Assembly (NCBI GenBank): GCA_009692925.1
Contig: SHYG01000002.1
Coordinates: 1 to 61,020, forward strand
Source: Dehalococcoidia bacterium
GTDB taxonomy: Bacteria; Chloroflexota; Dehalococcoidia; Lucifugimonadales; UBA3495
Length of the DNA: 61,020 nucleotides
Direction of reading: 5' to 3'
Below are positions 37,701 to 45,249 of the stretch, piece by piece. The position numbers and the translations under genes were made by a program. The notes below the pieces were generated by a model, which saw only the letters and a list, made by a program, of their open reading frames with translations, did no database searches and was not told where the DNA came from. Position 1 is the stretch's first letter; each line of letters begins with the position of its first letter.

Positions 37701-39384
37701 CGGCAACCTGGACGGCGTGGTGCAACTTGTGCAGGGAGTGTGGCAGAAGTTTGTCCTAGGGCAGGGCTTCCCGGCATTTGACTTCTGGCGCAGCAGCCGG
37801 ATGTTGCCGGAGCTGCCCAGCGTTGACCCGTCGCTGCTAACCTTCTGGCTGCCGGATCAGGGAGCGGGCATAGTCCAGACATCGCCCCACATTACCGAGT
37901 TTCCCTTCTTCACCTTCCTGTTTGCCGATTTGCACCCGCACTTGATGGTCATTCCCTTCACGCTGTTGGTGGCAGGCTTGGGGATGGCGGTGGCCGTGGG
38001 TGCGTCCCGAGCCCGGCTCCCTTGGGTCATGGCCGTGGGGCTTGCTCTGGCGGTGTCCCTGGGGGCGCTGGGAGCCATTAACAGCTGGGATTATCCCTCT
38101 TATCTGCTGCTGACCCTGGGCCTGCTGTCGCTGGCGGTCTGGTCACGTCCCGGGTCGCTGGCAGTCCGGCTGGGATGGTGGTGCGCGCTGGCTGCCGGAA
38201 TAACTGCCCTGAGCCTGCTGGCTTACTATCCCTTCCTCCGGGATTATGAGACTTTCGACGCCGGCCTAGCGGTGTCCCTGTGGAGCACGCCCCTGGACCG
38301 GTACTTGGGCATCCACGGCCTGTTCCTGTTTATCGTCATCACCTTCCTGGTCAGTCAGCCTTGGAGCGGTTTCGGACATCGAGTGGCGGGAGTTCTGCGC
38401 CGGAGGAAGTCGCCAAATCCGGTCAAGCGAATCGGCTTCCGCCCCTGGCGCGCCGTCATCCCCGCGCTGGCGCTGGCGGCAGCAGGCTTGTTTCTGCTGG
38501 CGGGTTACTGGACCGCGGCGTTGCTTGTGGGCATGCTAGTGCTTGCCATGTGGGTAGCCTGGCGAGTTCTGACCGGCGCAGAACCCACGCCGGTCAAGCA
38601 GTTCCGGCTGGCGCCGCTGGTGTTCCTGGCGCTGGCCCTGGGCATTGGCATTGGCGTGGACTTGGTGCGGCTCCAGGGTGACATTGGCCGCATGAACACC
38701 CTCTTCAAGTACTATTTGGAGGCGTGGGTGCTGTTGTCCCTAGCTTCCGCCGCGATGCTGGCTAACCTGCTCCAAGGATCGTTCTTGCGCCGCCGCTGGG
38801 CCGCGGGGTTGTGGCTTGGAGCGCTGGCGCTGCTGCTGGCGGGCAGCCTCATTTACACCGTGCTGGGCACTCGATCCCGCCTGGCCGACCGCTTTGCCAT
38901 CCTGCCGCTGACACTGGACGGAACGGCCTACATGGCGCAGGCAGTGCGGTTGGAGGAGAAGCAGCCGGTGGCCCTGAAGGGGGACGTAGCGGCCATCCGC
39001 TGGCTGCAGGACAACGTGGCCGGCTCTCCGGTGGTGCTGGAGGCCCACCACGAGCAGTACCACTGGAGCGGCCGAATCTCCAGCTACACCGGCCTGCCCA
39101 CCGTGCTGGGCTGGCCCTGGCACCAGATCCAGCAGCGAACTCCTTACGAAATGACCATCCGCACTCGTGCTGCCGATGTAACACAGATGTACAATACGGC
39201 TAGTATCCCTCGCGCGGAGGCGCTGTTGCGCCAGTACGAGGTGCGGTACATCGTGGTGGGAGAGTTGGAGCGTGCTTACTACTCTCCCCAGGGGCTGGAG
39301 AAGTTCGGCGAAATGGCGTCTCGCGGGCTCATCAGGCTGGTGTACCAAGACCCAATGGCACAGATTTTTGAGATACAGTGGTGA
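34795..39384 (+). CDS. giant polytopic membrane protein, Chlor_Arch_YYY / DUF2298 with N-terminal GT-C (PMT/ArnT-like) glycosyltransferase-type region
   Basis: 1529 aa with many TM segments and the signature GGYLNYYYWGYF. Two palindromic elements are inserted in-frame (36091..36163, 37588..37646). Confidence 0.8.
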   Translation: MLGWVTSLPFVTRLQRQGRQALLSSTLLLWVILALALVLRLHGLNWDQGYGFHPDERSIYMRAGCMYDLLAEAPGYQACLVDHPQTQPGLPSLSVLLDPNRSPLNPHWFPLGSVLIYILVYARAIIELFGDFTALDLRYVGRPLSALADVGSVYLVYLLGRRMYGRGVGLLAAALTALAVIHIQNSHFYRPETFSAFFTLAAFWGMLRMAQHRRWRDSALLGLLVGLALAPKVNVLPLLLPLALAYLYRFRDSLGGHAAVRPSGAAAQTLAHASLAAVVALGAFFATSPYALLDFKSFVAEQAAQANMARHAGLWPFTIQYIGTPPFLYQMRQSIVWGLGIPLGIIAWASIPLTAALAYWHRHTRRADLLLLAWVVPSLLLLESFQVRFLRYLFPLIPFMLLMGARVMLWLVDLARARSTATAPVPDGTPPGEGPPPPPSPRLAKRKERGVRGDFPRHGWITPVLDKYLPWLAAALVVLVVAATAFYTLAFQRIYSREHPAVAASRWINENVSEKTAFVSDNHWDEYLPNLYRYTVWQFPAYNPDTPEKMTDLSRRLSGSEYVVFYSHRPYVSVARAPQRFPLTAAYYQQLFRGELGYRLERRFTSYPQLLGVAFQDNPFPDAGLPPPQPDAPDLDAPLLALDLGYADDNVAGYDHPTVLVFRNIAHLSQAELSRRLDGPAPEDAATGLMLSPEQKAAQRAGGTWSQIIHRNGWASRWPVLAWLLAVEAIYLVSLPLAMFLFRPLPDRGIVLARILGLLAVSYVAWLAVSLGWLPFSRSAILVGFAAVASLSWVALAATWRDTLAFLRARWRLLLLGEVLFLTAFLAFTAVRAANPDLWHPFRGGEKPMELAYLNAVVRSTVMPPYDPWFAGGYLNYYYWGYFVVAVLVRITALLPTTAFNLAVPLFFALTCAGAYSLVYNLVEGARRPERGDEPPSAPLCKGGRRGISSPVPPPIWAGLLAALFVAVIGNLDGVVQLVQGVWQKFVLGQGFPAFDFWRSSRMLPELPSVDPSLLTFWLPDQGAGIVQTSPHITEFPFFTFLFADLHPHLMVIPFTLLVAGLGMAVAVGASRARLPWVMAVGLALAVSLGALGAINSWDYPSYLLLTLGLLSLAVWSRPGSLAVRLGWWCALAAGITALSLLAYYPFLRDYETFDAGLAVSLWSTPLDRYLGIHGLFLFIVITFLVSQPWSGFGHRVAGVLRRRKSPNPVKRIGFRPWRAVIPALALAAAGLFLLAGYWTAALLVGMLVLAMWVAWRVLTGAEPTPVKQFRLAPLVFLALALGIGIGVDLVRLQGDIGRMNTLFKYYLEAWVLLSLASAAMLANLLQGSFLRRRWAAGLWLGALALLLAGSLIYTVLGTRSRLADRFAILPLTLDGTAYMAQAVRLEEKQPVALKGDVAAIRWLQDNVAGSPVVLEAHHEQYHWSGRISSYTGLPTVLGWPWHQIQQRTPYEMTIRTRAADVTQMYNTASIPRAEALLRQYEVRYIVVGELERAYYSPQGLEKFGEMASRGLIRLVYQDPMAQIFEIQW
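36091..36163. repeat. GC-rich palindromic element, copy F (long-loop variant), in-frame inside a CDS (encodes PPPPPSPRLAKRKERGVRGDFP)
   Basis: CCCCCCTCCCCCCCCTTCGCCTCGCCTTGCGAAACGTAAGGAAAGGGGGGTTAGGGGGGATTTTCC. Confidence 0.85.
37588..37646. repeat. GC-rich palindromic element, copy G, in-frame inside a CDS (encodes GDEPPSAPLCKGGRRGISSPV)
   Basis: GGGGACGAACCCCCCTCCGCCCCCCTTTGCAAAGGGGGGCGGAGGGGGATTTCGTCCCC, a near-perfect palindrome. Confidence 0.9.
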
Positions 39385-39454
39385 TCACACCCTGTATCCA
39401 ACCTGTCCAGTAATCCAACGGTAATCCGCAAGCGCGTAGACTCAAGGTGTTAAC

Positions 39455-39733
39455 GTGACCGGTCCGGACACAGTAGCGGTAATACGGGACCTTTTCGTCA
39501 TAGTGGCAGCCGGGGTATTCGTCGCCCTGTTCATTCCGGGCGCGATACTTTACTTCAGGTTGTTCCGGTCGCTGGACCGGTCGGCCCGAAACTTGGAAAA
39601 CATTACCAGCACGGTGCTGAATGACGTGGTCAGGCCCCTGAGCAGTCTCTCGGGGCTGATGGAGATTGTGAATCGTATTGTGGGGCTGGTGCGACAGCGC
39701 TGGTCTCCTGAAAGGAGTGCAGAAGATGGCTAA
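39455..39733 (+). CDS. DUF948-like small membrane-anchored protein
   Basis: 92 aa. N-terminal TM then a helical region. Precedes a YtxH gene, a commonly seen pairing. Confidence 0.55.
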   Translation: MTGPDTVAVIRDLFVIVAAGVFVALFIPGAILYFRLFRSLDRSARNLENITSTVLNDVVRPLSSLSGLMEIVNRIVGLVRQRWSPERSAEDG

Positions 39734-39965
39734 GAGTGACAAGTTCGTAGCGGGTCTAATTGCGGGGGCGGTGGTGGGGGCGGTGGCTGCTCTGTTGCTG
39801 ACACCCAAGACCGGCAAGGAAAACCGCAAGTTCATCAAGGACCAGGCCAACCGGCTGGGAGACAAGGCCAGCACAGGCCTGGGCGGCATCTTTGGGAAAA
39901 AGCCGGACGCTGAGAAAGAAGCGGAGCACACCGGCAACGGGACGCATACCCGGCATCGCTCCTAG
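39726..39965 (+). CDS. YtxH domain-containing protein
   Basis: GLIAGAVVGAVAALLLTPKTGKENRKFIKDQ matches the YtxH pattern. ATG at 39726. Confidence 0.7.
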   Translation: MAKSDKFVAGLIAGAVVGAVAALLLTPKTGKENRKFIKDQANRLGDKASTGLGGIFGKKPDAEKEAEHTGNGTHTRHRS

Positions 39966-40003
39966 CCCGGCGGCGGGCTTGGACACCGCCTAAAGGAAAC
40001 TTC

Positions 40004-40039
40004 AAAAGGGGCACACAAACGCGTTTGTGTGCCCCTTTT
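40004..40039. terminator. bidirectional intrinsic terminator
   Basis: AAAA-GGGGCACACAAACGCGTTTGTGTGCCCC-TTTT between convergent ytxH-like and pheA. Confidence 0.8.
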
Positions 40040-40053
40040 GATTATGACCCGGG

Positions 40054-40881
40054 TCAGGAGTTCCACCGCGGGTATGACCCCAGCACTTTCAGCATGCTGG
40101 CTTGGCGCGCCAGCCCGGCCAGGGCCGCGGCCACCGGCGGGTCGGTGCGGTGCCCGTCGCAGTCAATCAGGAATATGTACCTACCCAGCAGTTCCTTAGT
40201 CGGGCGGGACTCCACCTTGGCCAAGTTGATCCCCCACTGGGCAAACTCCCCCAGGGCGTGGTACAGCAGGCTGGGCGCGTCCTGGTCGAAGGAAAAGCAG
40301 ATCGAAGTCTTGTCTTTCCCCGTGGGCGGGTGGTCGGCGCGGGCCAGCACCACAAACCGCGTCACGTTGTTGGGGCTGTCCTGCAGGCTCTGGGCGATTA
40401 TATCCACACCGTGCAGGTCTGCCGCCCGCCGCGGCGCGATGGCCGCCGCCGGAACCTTGCTGGCCTTCATGTCCACCACTGCCTCCACGGTGCTTAGGGA
40501 GGCCATTTGATGGGCCTTGGGCAGGCGCCGCTCCAGGTAGTTGCGGCACTGGGCCAGCGCCTGGGGGTGGGAGTAGACTACCTGGACATTGTCCAGGCGG
40601 GTTCCCGGCTTGGCCATCAGGTAGTGGTCAATGGGAAGCACTATCTCTTTGCAGATGGACAGTCCAGGCTGGCTGATGAGCAGGTCCAGGGTGTAGGTCA
40701 CTGAGCCTTCCAGGCTGTTCTCAATGGGCACCACTCCCTCATCGGTGATGCCGGAGGATACGGCCTGGCCCACGGCGGCGATGGTGGAGAAGGCTTGCAA
40801 CTCGGCGCTGGCGTCGTGGCGCAGAGCCGCCTCCTCAGTGTAGGTGCCTGCCGGGCCAAAAAAGGCGATGCGTTTGGCCAC
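40054..40881 (-). CDS. pheA: prephenate dehydratase
   Basis: FFGPAGTYTEEA, TRF motif (NVTRFVVL) and C-terminal ACT domain with ESRP. Confidence 0.9.
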   Translation of the reverse strand: MAKRIAFFGPAGTYTEEAALRHDASAELQAFSTIAAVGQAVSSGITDEGVVPIENSLEGSVTYTLDLLISQPGLSICKEIVLPIDHYLMAKPGTRLDNVQVVYSHPQALAQCRNYLERRLPKAHQMASLSTVEAVVDMKASKVPAAAIAPRRAADLHGVDIIAQSLQDSPNNVTRFVVLARADHPPTGKDKTSICFSFDQDAPSLLYHALGEFAQWGINLAKVESRPTKELLGRYIFLIDCDGHRTDPPVAAALAGLARQASMLKVLGSYPRWNS

Positions 40882-40929
40882 TGGTCTCCTCTCCCTGCCT
40901 GCGGTTCGGTTGATTACGCGCCCCCGCTT

Positions 40930-40976
40930 CTGACGCCACGTTGGGGATTCTAGGCACCAGTCCGTGGGGTGTCAAT
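40930..40976 (+). repeat. 47-bp direct repeat, left copy (identical to 42396..42442)
   Basis: CTGACGCCACGTTGGGGATTCTAGGCACCAGTCCGTGGGGTGTCAAT. Imperfect inverted arms GACGCCACG / CGTGGGGTGTC. Confidence 0.95.
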
Positions 40977-41054
40977 CTGGTAGATACTTAAATACTTAAT
41001 AGGCGGGGTGAATGCTAGCAAGCCAAGCTCGTACCTTACAGTTTGAACACCTGC

Positions 41055-41083
41055 TTGCAAACGTGGGCGGGTTGTGATATTAT
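41055..41083 (+). promoter_or_regulatory. near-consensus sigma70 promoter inside the repeat-bounded cassette
   Basis: TTGCAA, 17-nt spacer ending in TGA (extended -10), TATTAT. Confidence 0.6.
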
Positions 41084-41089
41084 GGGAAT

Positions 41090-41188
41090 GGTTGGTCATG
41101 CCTGGTAGGACCCTTCGGGTCCCTGGGGAGGTATGAATATGTACAATACGTCGTAAGAATTGCGCTCGCCCTTTGGCGAGCGTTTTTT
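41090..41188 (+). ncRNA. candidate ~100-nt structured small RNA or attenuating leader (unknown family)
   Basis: Runs from the predicted TSS to the intrinsic terminator CGCTCGCC-CTTT-GGCGAGCG-TTTTTT (41163..41188). Contains the cUUCGg-capped hairpin AGGACCCTTCGGGTCC. Confidence 0.4.
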
Positions 41189-41255
41189 GTGCCTGGTTTT
41201 TGGTCCAGTTTAGATGTAGTGGTCCTGCGAAGGACCAAATAAAAGGAGAATCAGC

Positions 41256-42293
41256 GTGATGACACCTACACAAAAGAAACCCGCTAATGTTGGCGCTCTT
41301 CGGAGCAGCCCTATCCATGGAATCCAACCGATAAGTGATGTCCCTCAGTTGCTTGACATTGACGTGGTTGAGAAGGACCCGACAAACCCTGGTGCGACAT
41401 CCGAGTCTCTGCGCTATGGGCGCCGGGAGCCTTCCATCTCGGATTCCTACGACATCATCGGTCGCATCATTTATCCGATTATTGTATGCCAGCATACGGA
41501 TGACGAGAAGAGGGCCCGGGGCATCGTCCTTAACATTGACGGGCACGGGAGATGGGATCAGGCCAAGCGTCGCAATGAGACCCAAGTCTGGGCGATCGTC
41601 TACCCGCCCCTGAATCTGGAACAACGGATTTGCCTACGGCAGACTCTTGGGGCAGCTCAGGAGTCGTTCGATGCTGTGTCGGTGATGAAAGACCTGGAGT
41701 TGCTGGCGAATGAACGAGGGCTGGATGTCACCAACGCCGCTAATATCGACGTGCTGCTGCGCGACCTCCCTGAGAAGGTGCGCAAGTACCGCGATGACGT
41801 ACTGATGCTGACCCGGTGGGATCCCGACAGCGCCGCGATGCTCGGGGAGTCCTACAAAAAGGGAAGCAAGGTGATCGGTCTGGATAAGGTGCGGGGCATG
41901 ACACGCATCGTGGATGCCCTGTCGGATCACCACCCTGCGCTCTATCAACAGCTGGGTGGTGATAACGGGGTCACCAAACGGCTGGCCAATATGTACGTCG
42001 AGAAGAAGTTCTCGACGGGGAGCCGTAGCCAAGAGGCTATCCGCAAGGTGGCAAGTGCAGTCCGCGAACTGGAGGATGGAAACCCGTTGGTCAAGCGCTT
42101 CTTCGGTGAAGAGTTGGACCATGCGGTTCTGGCACCGTTTGCGAAGACAAGGGGGTCTGCGCCCAAGGACATTACCTCGCTGTGCCAAGAGCTGGTGAGC
42201 CTTTTAGTGGTAGCAAACGCTGACAATCTGGATGCTGCGGAGCGTCGGACTCTGACTGCGCTAAATACCATGATCACTAGCTTGCTCAAATAG
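41256..42293 (+). CDS. ParB/Srx-fold N-terminal domain protein with helical C-terminal region (unknown function)
   Basis: 345 aa. IYPIIVCQ...GIVLNIDGHGRWDQAKRRNETQVWAIVY fits the ParB-N pattern (hhDGhhR..A). GGAG lies 7 nt before the GTG. Visibly lower GC than the flanks. Confidence 0.6.
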   Translation: MMTPTQKKPANVGALRSSPIHGIQPISDVPQLLDIDVVEKDPTNPGATSESLRYGRREPSISDSYDIIGRIIYPIIVCQHTDDEKRARGIVLNIDGHGRWDQAKRRNETQVWAIVYPPLNLEQRICLRQTLGAAQESFDAVSVMKDLELLANERGLDVTNAANIDVLLRDLPEKVRKYRDDVLMLTRWDPDSAAMLGESYKKGSKVIGLDKVRGMTRIVDALSDHHPALYQQLGGDNGVTKRLANMYVEKKFSTGSRSQEAIRKVASAVRELEDGNPLVKRFFGEELDHAVLAPFAKTRGSAPKDITSLCQELVSLLVVANADNLDAAERRTLTALNTMITSLLK

Positions 42294-42348
42294 CTGTCGA
42301 TGGGCTCTGCATAGGACCATAGGTCCTCAAAGGGCCAGTCCGATGGGA

Positions 42349-42388
42349 GTAGGGGGCGGGAGTAACATCCCGCCCCCTACTTTTGTTT
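42349..42388 (+). terminator. intrinsic terminator of the cassette
   Basis: GTAGGGGGCGGG-AGTAACAT-CCCGCCCCCTAC-TTTTGTTT, ending 8 nt before the right direct repeat. Confidence 0.8.
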
Positions 42389-42395
42389 GCTCCTG

Positions 42396-42442
42396 CTGAC
42401 GCCACGTTGGGGATTCTAGGCACCAGTCCGTGGGGTGTCAAT
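42396..42442 (+). repeat. 47-bp direct repeat, right copy
   Basis: Identical to 40930..40976. Confidence 0.95.
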
Positions 42443-42523
42443 GCACGGATCAGCTGCCGGTTTTATCCCCGTATCCGGTGCTGCTATAATTGCCCCCGTG
42501 CAGATTACATGAGGTGACCGGCC

Positions 42524-45001
42524 ATGACCACCCCTTTCCGGCAGATTGAATTGCGCTATGACCCCACCGCCATCGACCGCAAGTGGCAGGAGCGCTGGGC
42601 TGCCGATGGCCTGTACCGGGTGCCCGATGACGACCCGCGCCCCAAGTGGTTTGAGATGACCATGTACCCCTATCCCTCGGGCGACCTGCACATCGGCCAC
42701 TGGTACGCCATGGCCCCCTCCGACTGCCACGCCCGCTTCCGCCGGATGCAGGGGTACAACGTGCTGCACCCCATCGGCTTCGACGCCTTCGGTCTGCCCG
42801 CGGAGAACGCCGCCATCAGCCGGGGCATCCACCCCCACACCTGGACCATGAGCAACATCGAAAACATGCGCCGCCAGCTCAAGTCCATGGGCGCCATCTA
42901 CGACTGGGAGCGGGAGATCATCTGCTGCCTGCCGGAATACTACCGCTGGAACCAGTGGCTCTTCCTGCAGCTCTACCGCGCCGGGCTGGCCTACCGGGCT
43001 AAGGCGCCGGTAGTGTGGTGCCCCTCCTGCCAGACGGTGCTGGCCAACGAGCAGGTGGTGGACGGCAGTTGCGAGCGCTGCCACACCGCCATCACCCGCC
43101 GCGATCTGGAGCAGTGGTTCTTCCGCATCACCAAGTACGCCGACCAGCTCCTGGACTTCACCGGGCTTTTGGACTGGCCGGAAAAAATCCTGACGATGCA
43201 GCAGAACTGGATTGGCCGCAGCGAGGGCGCGGAGATCGGCTTCGACATCTCCAGCCACCGTCTGGATGTTAAGGAGATTCGCACCTTCACCACCCGCATT
43301 GACACCATCTTTGGCGTCACCTTCATGGTCCTGGCGCCGGAGCACCCGTTAGTGCCCCGGCTCACCGCCCGGTCGCAGCACACCGCGGTGGCGGAGTACA
43401 TCGCCCAGGCCCGCCGCACCTCGGAGATTGAGCGCCAGTCCACCGACAAGGAGAAGACTGGGGTGTTCCTGGGCAGCTACGCCGTCAACCGGCTCAACGG
43501 AGAGCAGGTGCCCATCTTCATCGGCGACTACGTGCTCATGAGCTACGGCACCGGCGCGGTGATGGGCGTGCCCGCCCACGACGTCCGGGACTTCGACTTC
43601 GCCCGCAAGTACAACTTGCCCATCCGCCAGGTCATCGCCCCGGCCGCCTGGGACGGCAAGGAGCTGGCCGAGGCCTTCGTGGGCGACGGCTTCATGACCG
43701 CCTCCGCGCGCTACGACGGCATGACCAACCAGGAGGGCAAGCGGGCCATCGCTGAGGACATCGAGAAGAAAGGCTGGGGCAGCCGCACCGTGTCTTACCG
43801 GATACGGGACTGGCTCATCTCCCGCCAGCGGTACTGGGGCACTCCCATACCCATGATCTACTGCGACGCCTGCGGCATAGTGCCCGTGCTCGAGTCCGCC
43901 CTGCCGGTGCTGCTGCCCCCTGACGCCGAGTTCAAGCCCACCGGCGAGTCGCCGCTGGCGGCCCACCAGGGCTTTGTCAATACCACTTGCCCTCAGTGCG
44001 GCGCGCCCGCTCGCCGGGAGACCGACACCATGGACACCTTTGTGGACTCCTCCTGGTATATGTTCCGTTACACCAGCCCCCACTACGACCAGGGTCCATT
44101 TGACCCGGCGCTGATGCAGCAGTGGATGCCGGTGGACCAGTACACCGGCGGTGCCGAGCACGCGGTGATGCACCTGCTCTACTCCCGCTTCTTCACCAAG
44201 GCTCTGCGGGATTTGGGCCTGGTGGACTTCGGCGAGCCGTTCCTGCGCCTGTACAACCAGGGCATCATCCTGGGGGAAGACCACGAGAAGATGAGCAAGA
44301 GCCGGGGCAACGTGGTGAACCCCGACTTGGTGGTGGGCCAGTTGGGCGCCGACGCCACCCGCTGCTTCATGATGTTCATCGGCCCGTGGGATCAGGGCGG
44401 CCCCTGGAGCGACGTGGGAATAAATGGCGTCGCCCGCTGGCTCAACCGCGTTTGGGGGGTCATGGAGCACGACCCGAACCACCTGGATGCCGGAGCGGCC
44501 AACTCCCAGACGGTGCGGGCAACCCAGCGCCTGCTCCACCAGACCATTCGCAAGTGCTACCAGGACCTGGACCGCTTCAAGTTCAACACCACCATTGCCG
44601 CCCTCATGGAGCTGACCAACCACCTGAGCAAGGTGTGGGCCGAGGCCAGCGTGGACGCCGCCACCTGGCGCGATTGCACCAGAAACTTCTTGCTGATGCT
44701 GGCGCCCCTGGCGCCCCACATTGCTGAGGAGATGTGGGAGCGCGCCGGACACCCCTACAGCATCCACCAGCAGCCCTTCCCGAAGTGGGACGAAGAGACG
44801 GCCGCGGAGGACACCATCACCCTGGTGGTGCAGGTCAACGGCAAGGTGCGCGACCGCATCGAGGTGCCCGCGGGCATCAGCTCCGGCCAGGCCCAGGAGC
44901 TGGCCCTGGCCAGCCTCAAGGTGCAGAGCTACACCCAGGGCAAGGCGGTGCGCCAAGCCGTCTACGTGCCGGGAAAGCTGGTCAATGTAGTGGTGGGGTA
45001 G
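42524..45001 (+). CDS. leuS: leucine--tRNA ligase
   Basis: HIGH (LHIGHWY) and KMSKS motifs, 825 aa. TGCTATAAT extended -10 at 42482..42490. Confidence 0.95.
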   Translation: MTTPFRQIELRYDPTAIDRKWQERWAADGLYRVPDDDPRPKWFEMTMYPYPSGDLHIGHWYAMAPSDCHARFRRMQGYNVLHPIGFDAFGLPAENAAISRGIHPHTWTMSNIENMRRQLKSMGAIYDWEREIICCLPEYYRWNQWLFLQLYRAGLAYRAKAPVVWCPSCQTVLANEQVVDGSCERCHTAITRRDLEQWFFRITKYADQLLDFTGLLDWPEKILTMQQNWIGRSEGAEIGFDISSHRLDVKEIRTFTTRIDTIFGVTFMVLAPEHPLVPRLTARSQHTAVAEYIAQARRTSEIERQSTDKEKTGVFLGSYAVNRLNGEQVPIFIGDYVLMSYGTGAVMGVPAHDVRDFDFARKYNLPIRQVIAPAAWDGKELAEAFVGDGFMTASARYDGMTNQEGKRAIAEDIEKKGWGSRTVSYRIRDWLISRQRYWGTPIPMIYCDACGIVPVLESALPVLLPPDAEFKPTGESPLAAHQGFVNTTCPQCGAPARRETDTMDTFVDSSWYMFRYTSPHYDQGPFDPALMQQWMPVDQYTGGAEHAVMHLLYSRFFTKALRDLGLVDFGEPFLRLYNQGIILGEDHEKMSKSRGNVVNPDLVVGQLGADATRCFMMFIGPWDQGGPWSDVGINGVARWLNRVWGVMEHDPNHLDAGAANSQTVRATQRLLHQTIRKCYQDLDRFKFNTTIAALMELTNHLSKVWAEASVDAATWRDCTRNFLLMLAPLAPHIAEEMWERAGHPYSIHQQPFPKWDEETAAEDTITLVVQVNGKVRDRIEVPAGISSGQAQELALASLKVQSYTQGKAVRQAVYVPGKLVNVVVG

Positions 45002-45009
45002 CATCACAA

Positions 45010-45249
45010 ATGGAAGAAGCCATGAACGCCTCGGAGATCAGGCAGTGCCAGTGCCTGGTGAAGATTATTGACTCCATTCCTGAAAGTAAGCTTGAAGGGT
45101 TGTTGGACTTCGCCAGTTATCTTCAAGAGAGGAGCCAGGCAGAGGATTTTTTGAGCCTGCAAAGCGGGTCAAGTGCCTACCAAGACTGGCTCGGCCCTAA
45201 GAACGATATCTACGACCAAGTGTTCAAAGATGAGCCTGAAACTAGGTGA
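45010..45249 (+). CDS. antitoxin-like small protein (79 aa) upstream of a MazF/PemK-type toxin gene
   Basis: ATG at 45010, 9 nt after the leuS stop. C-terminal ...DWLGPKNDIYDQVFKDE. Overlaps the toxin start by 20 nt. Confidence 0.55.
   Translation: MEEAMNASEIRQCQCLVKIIDSIPESKLEGLLDFASYLQERSQAEDFLSLQSGSSAYQDWLGPKNDIYDQVFKDEPETR

Noticed and set aside
40930-40976. Interpreting the 47-bp repeats as canonical integron attC sites or XerCD dif sites.
   Set aside because: GTTGGGG/CCCCAAC only partly fits the attC R-box consensus (GTTRRRY/RYYYAAC). The cassette has its own promoter, unlike typical integron cassettes, and no intI is in view. The sequence is GC-rich and unlike dif. These are kept only as alternative hypotheses within the cassette finding.
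40950-41624. Minus-strand ORFs 40950..41624 and 42416..43345 that share the C-terminal peptide ...DTPRTGA.
   Set aside because: The shared end is the translation of the 47-bp direct repeat. The rest has no coding character and overlaps better-supported features.
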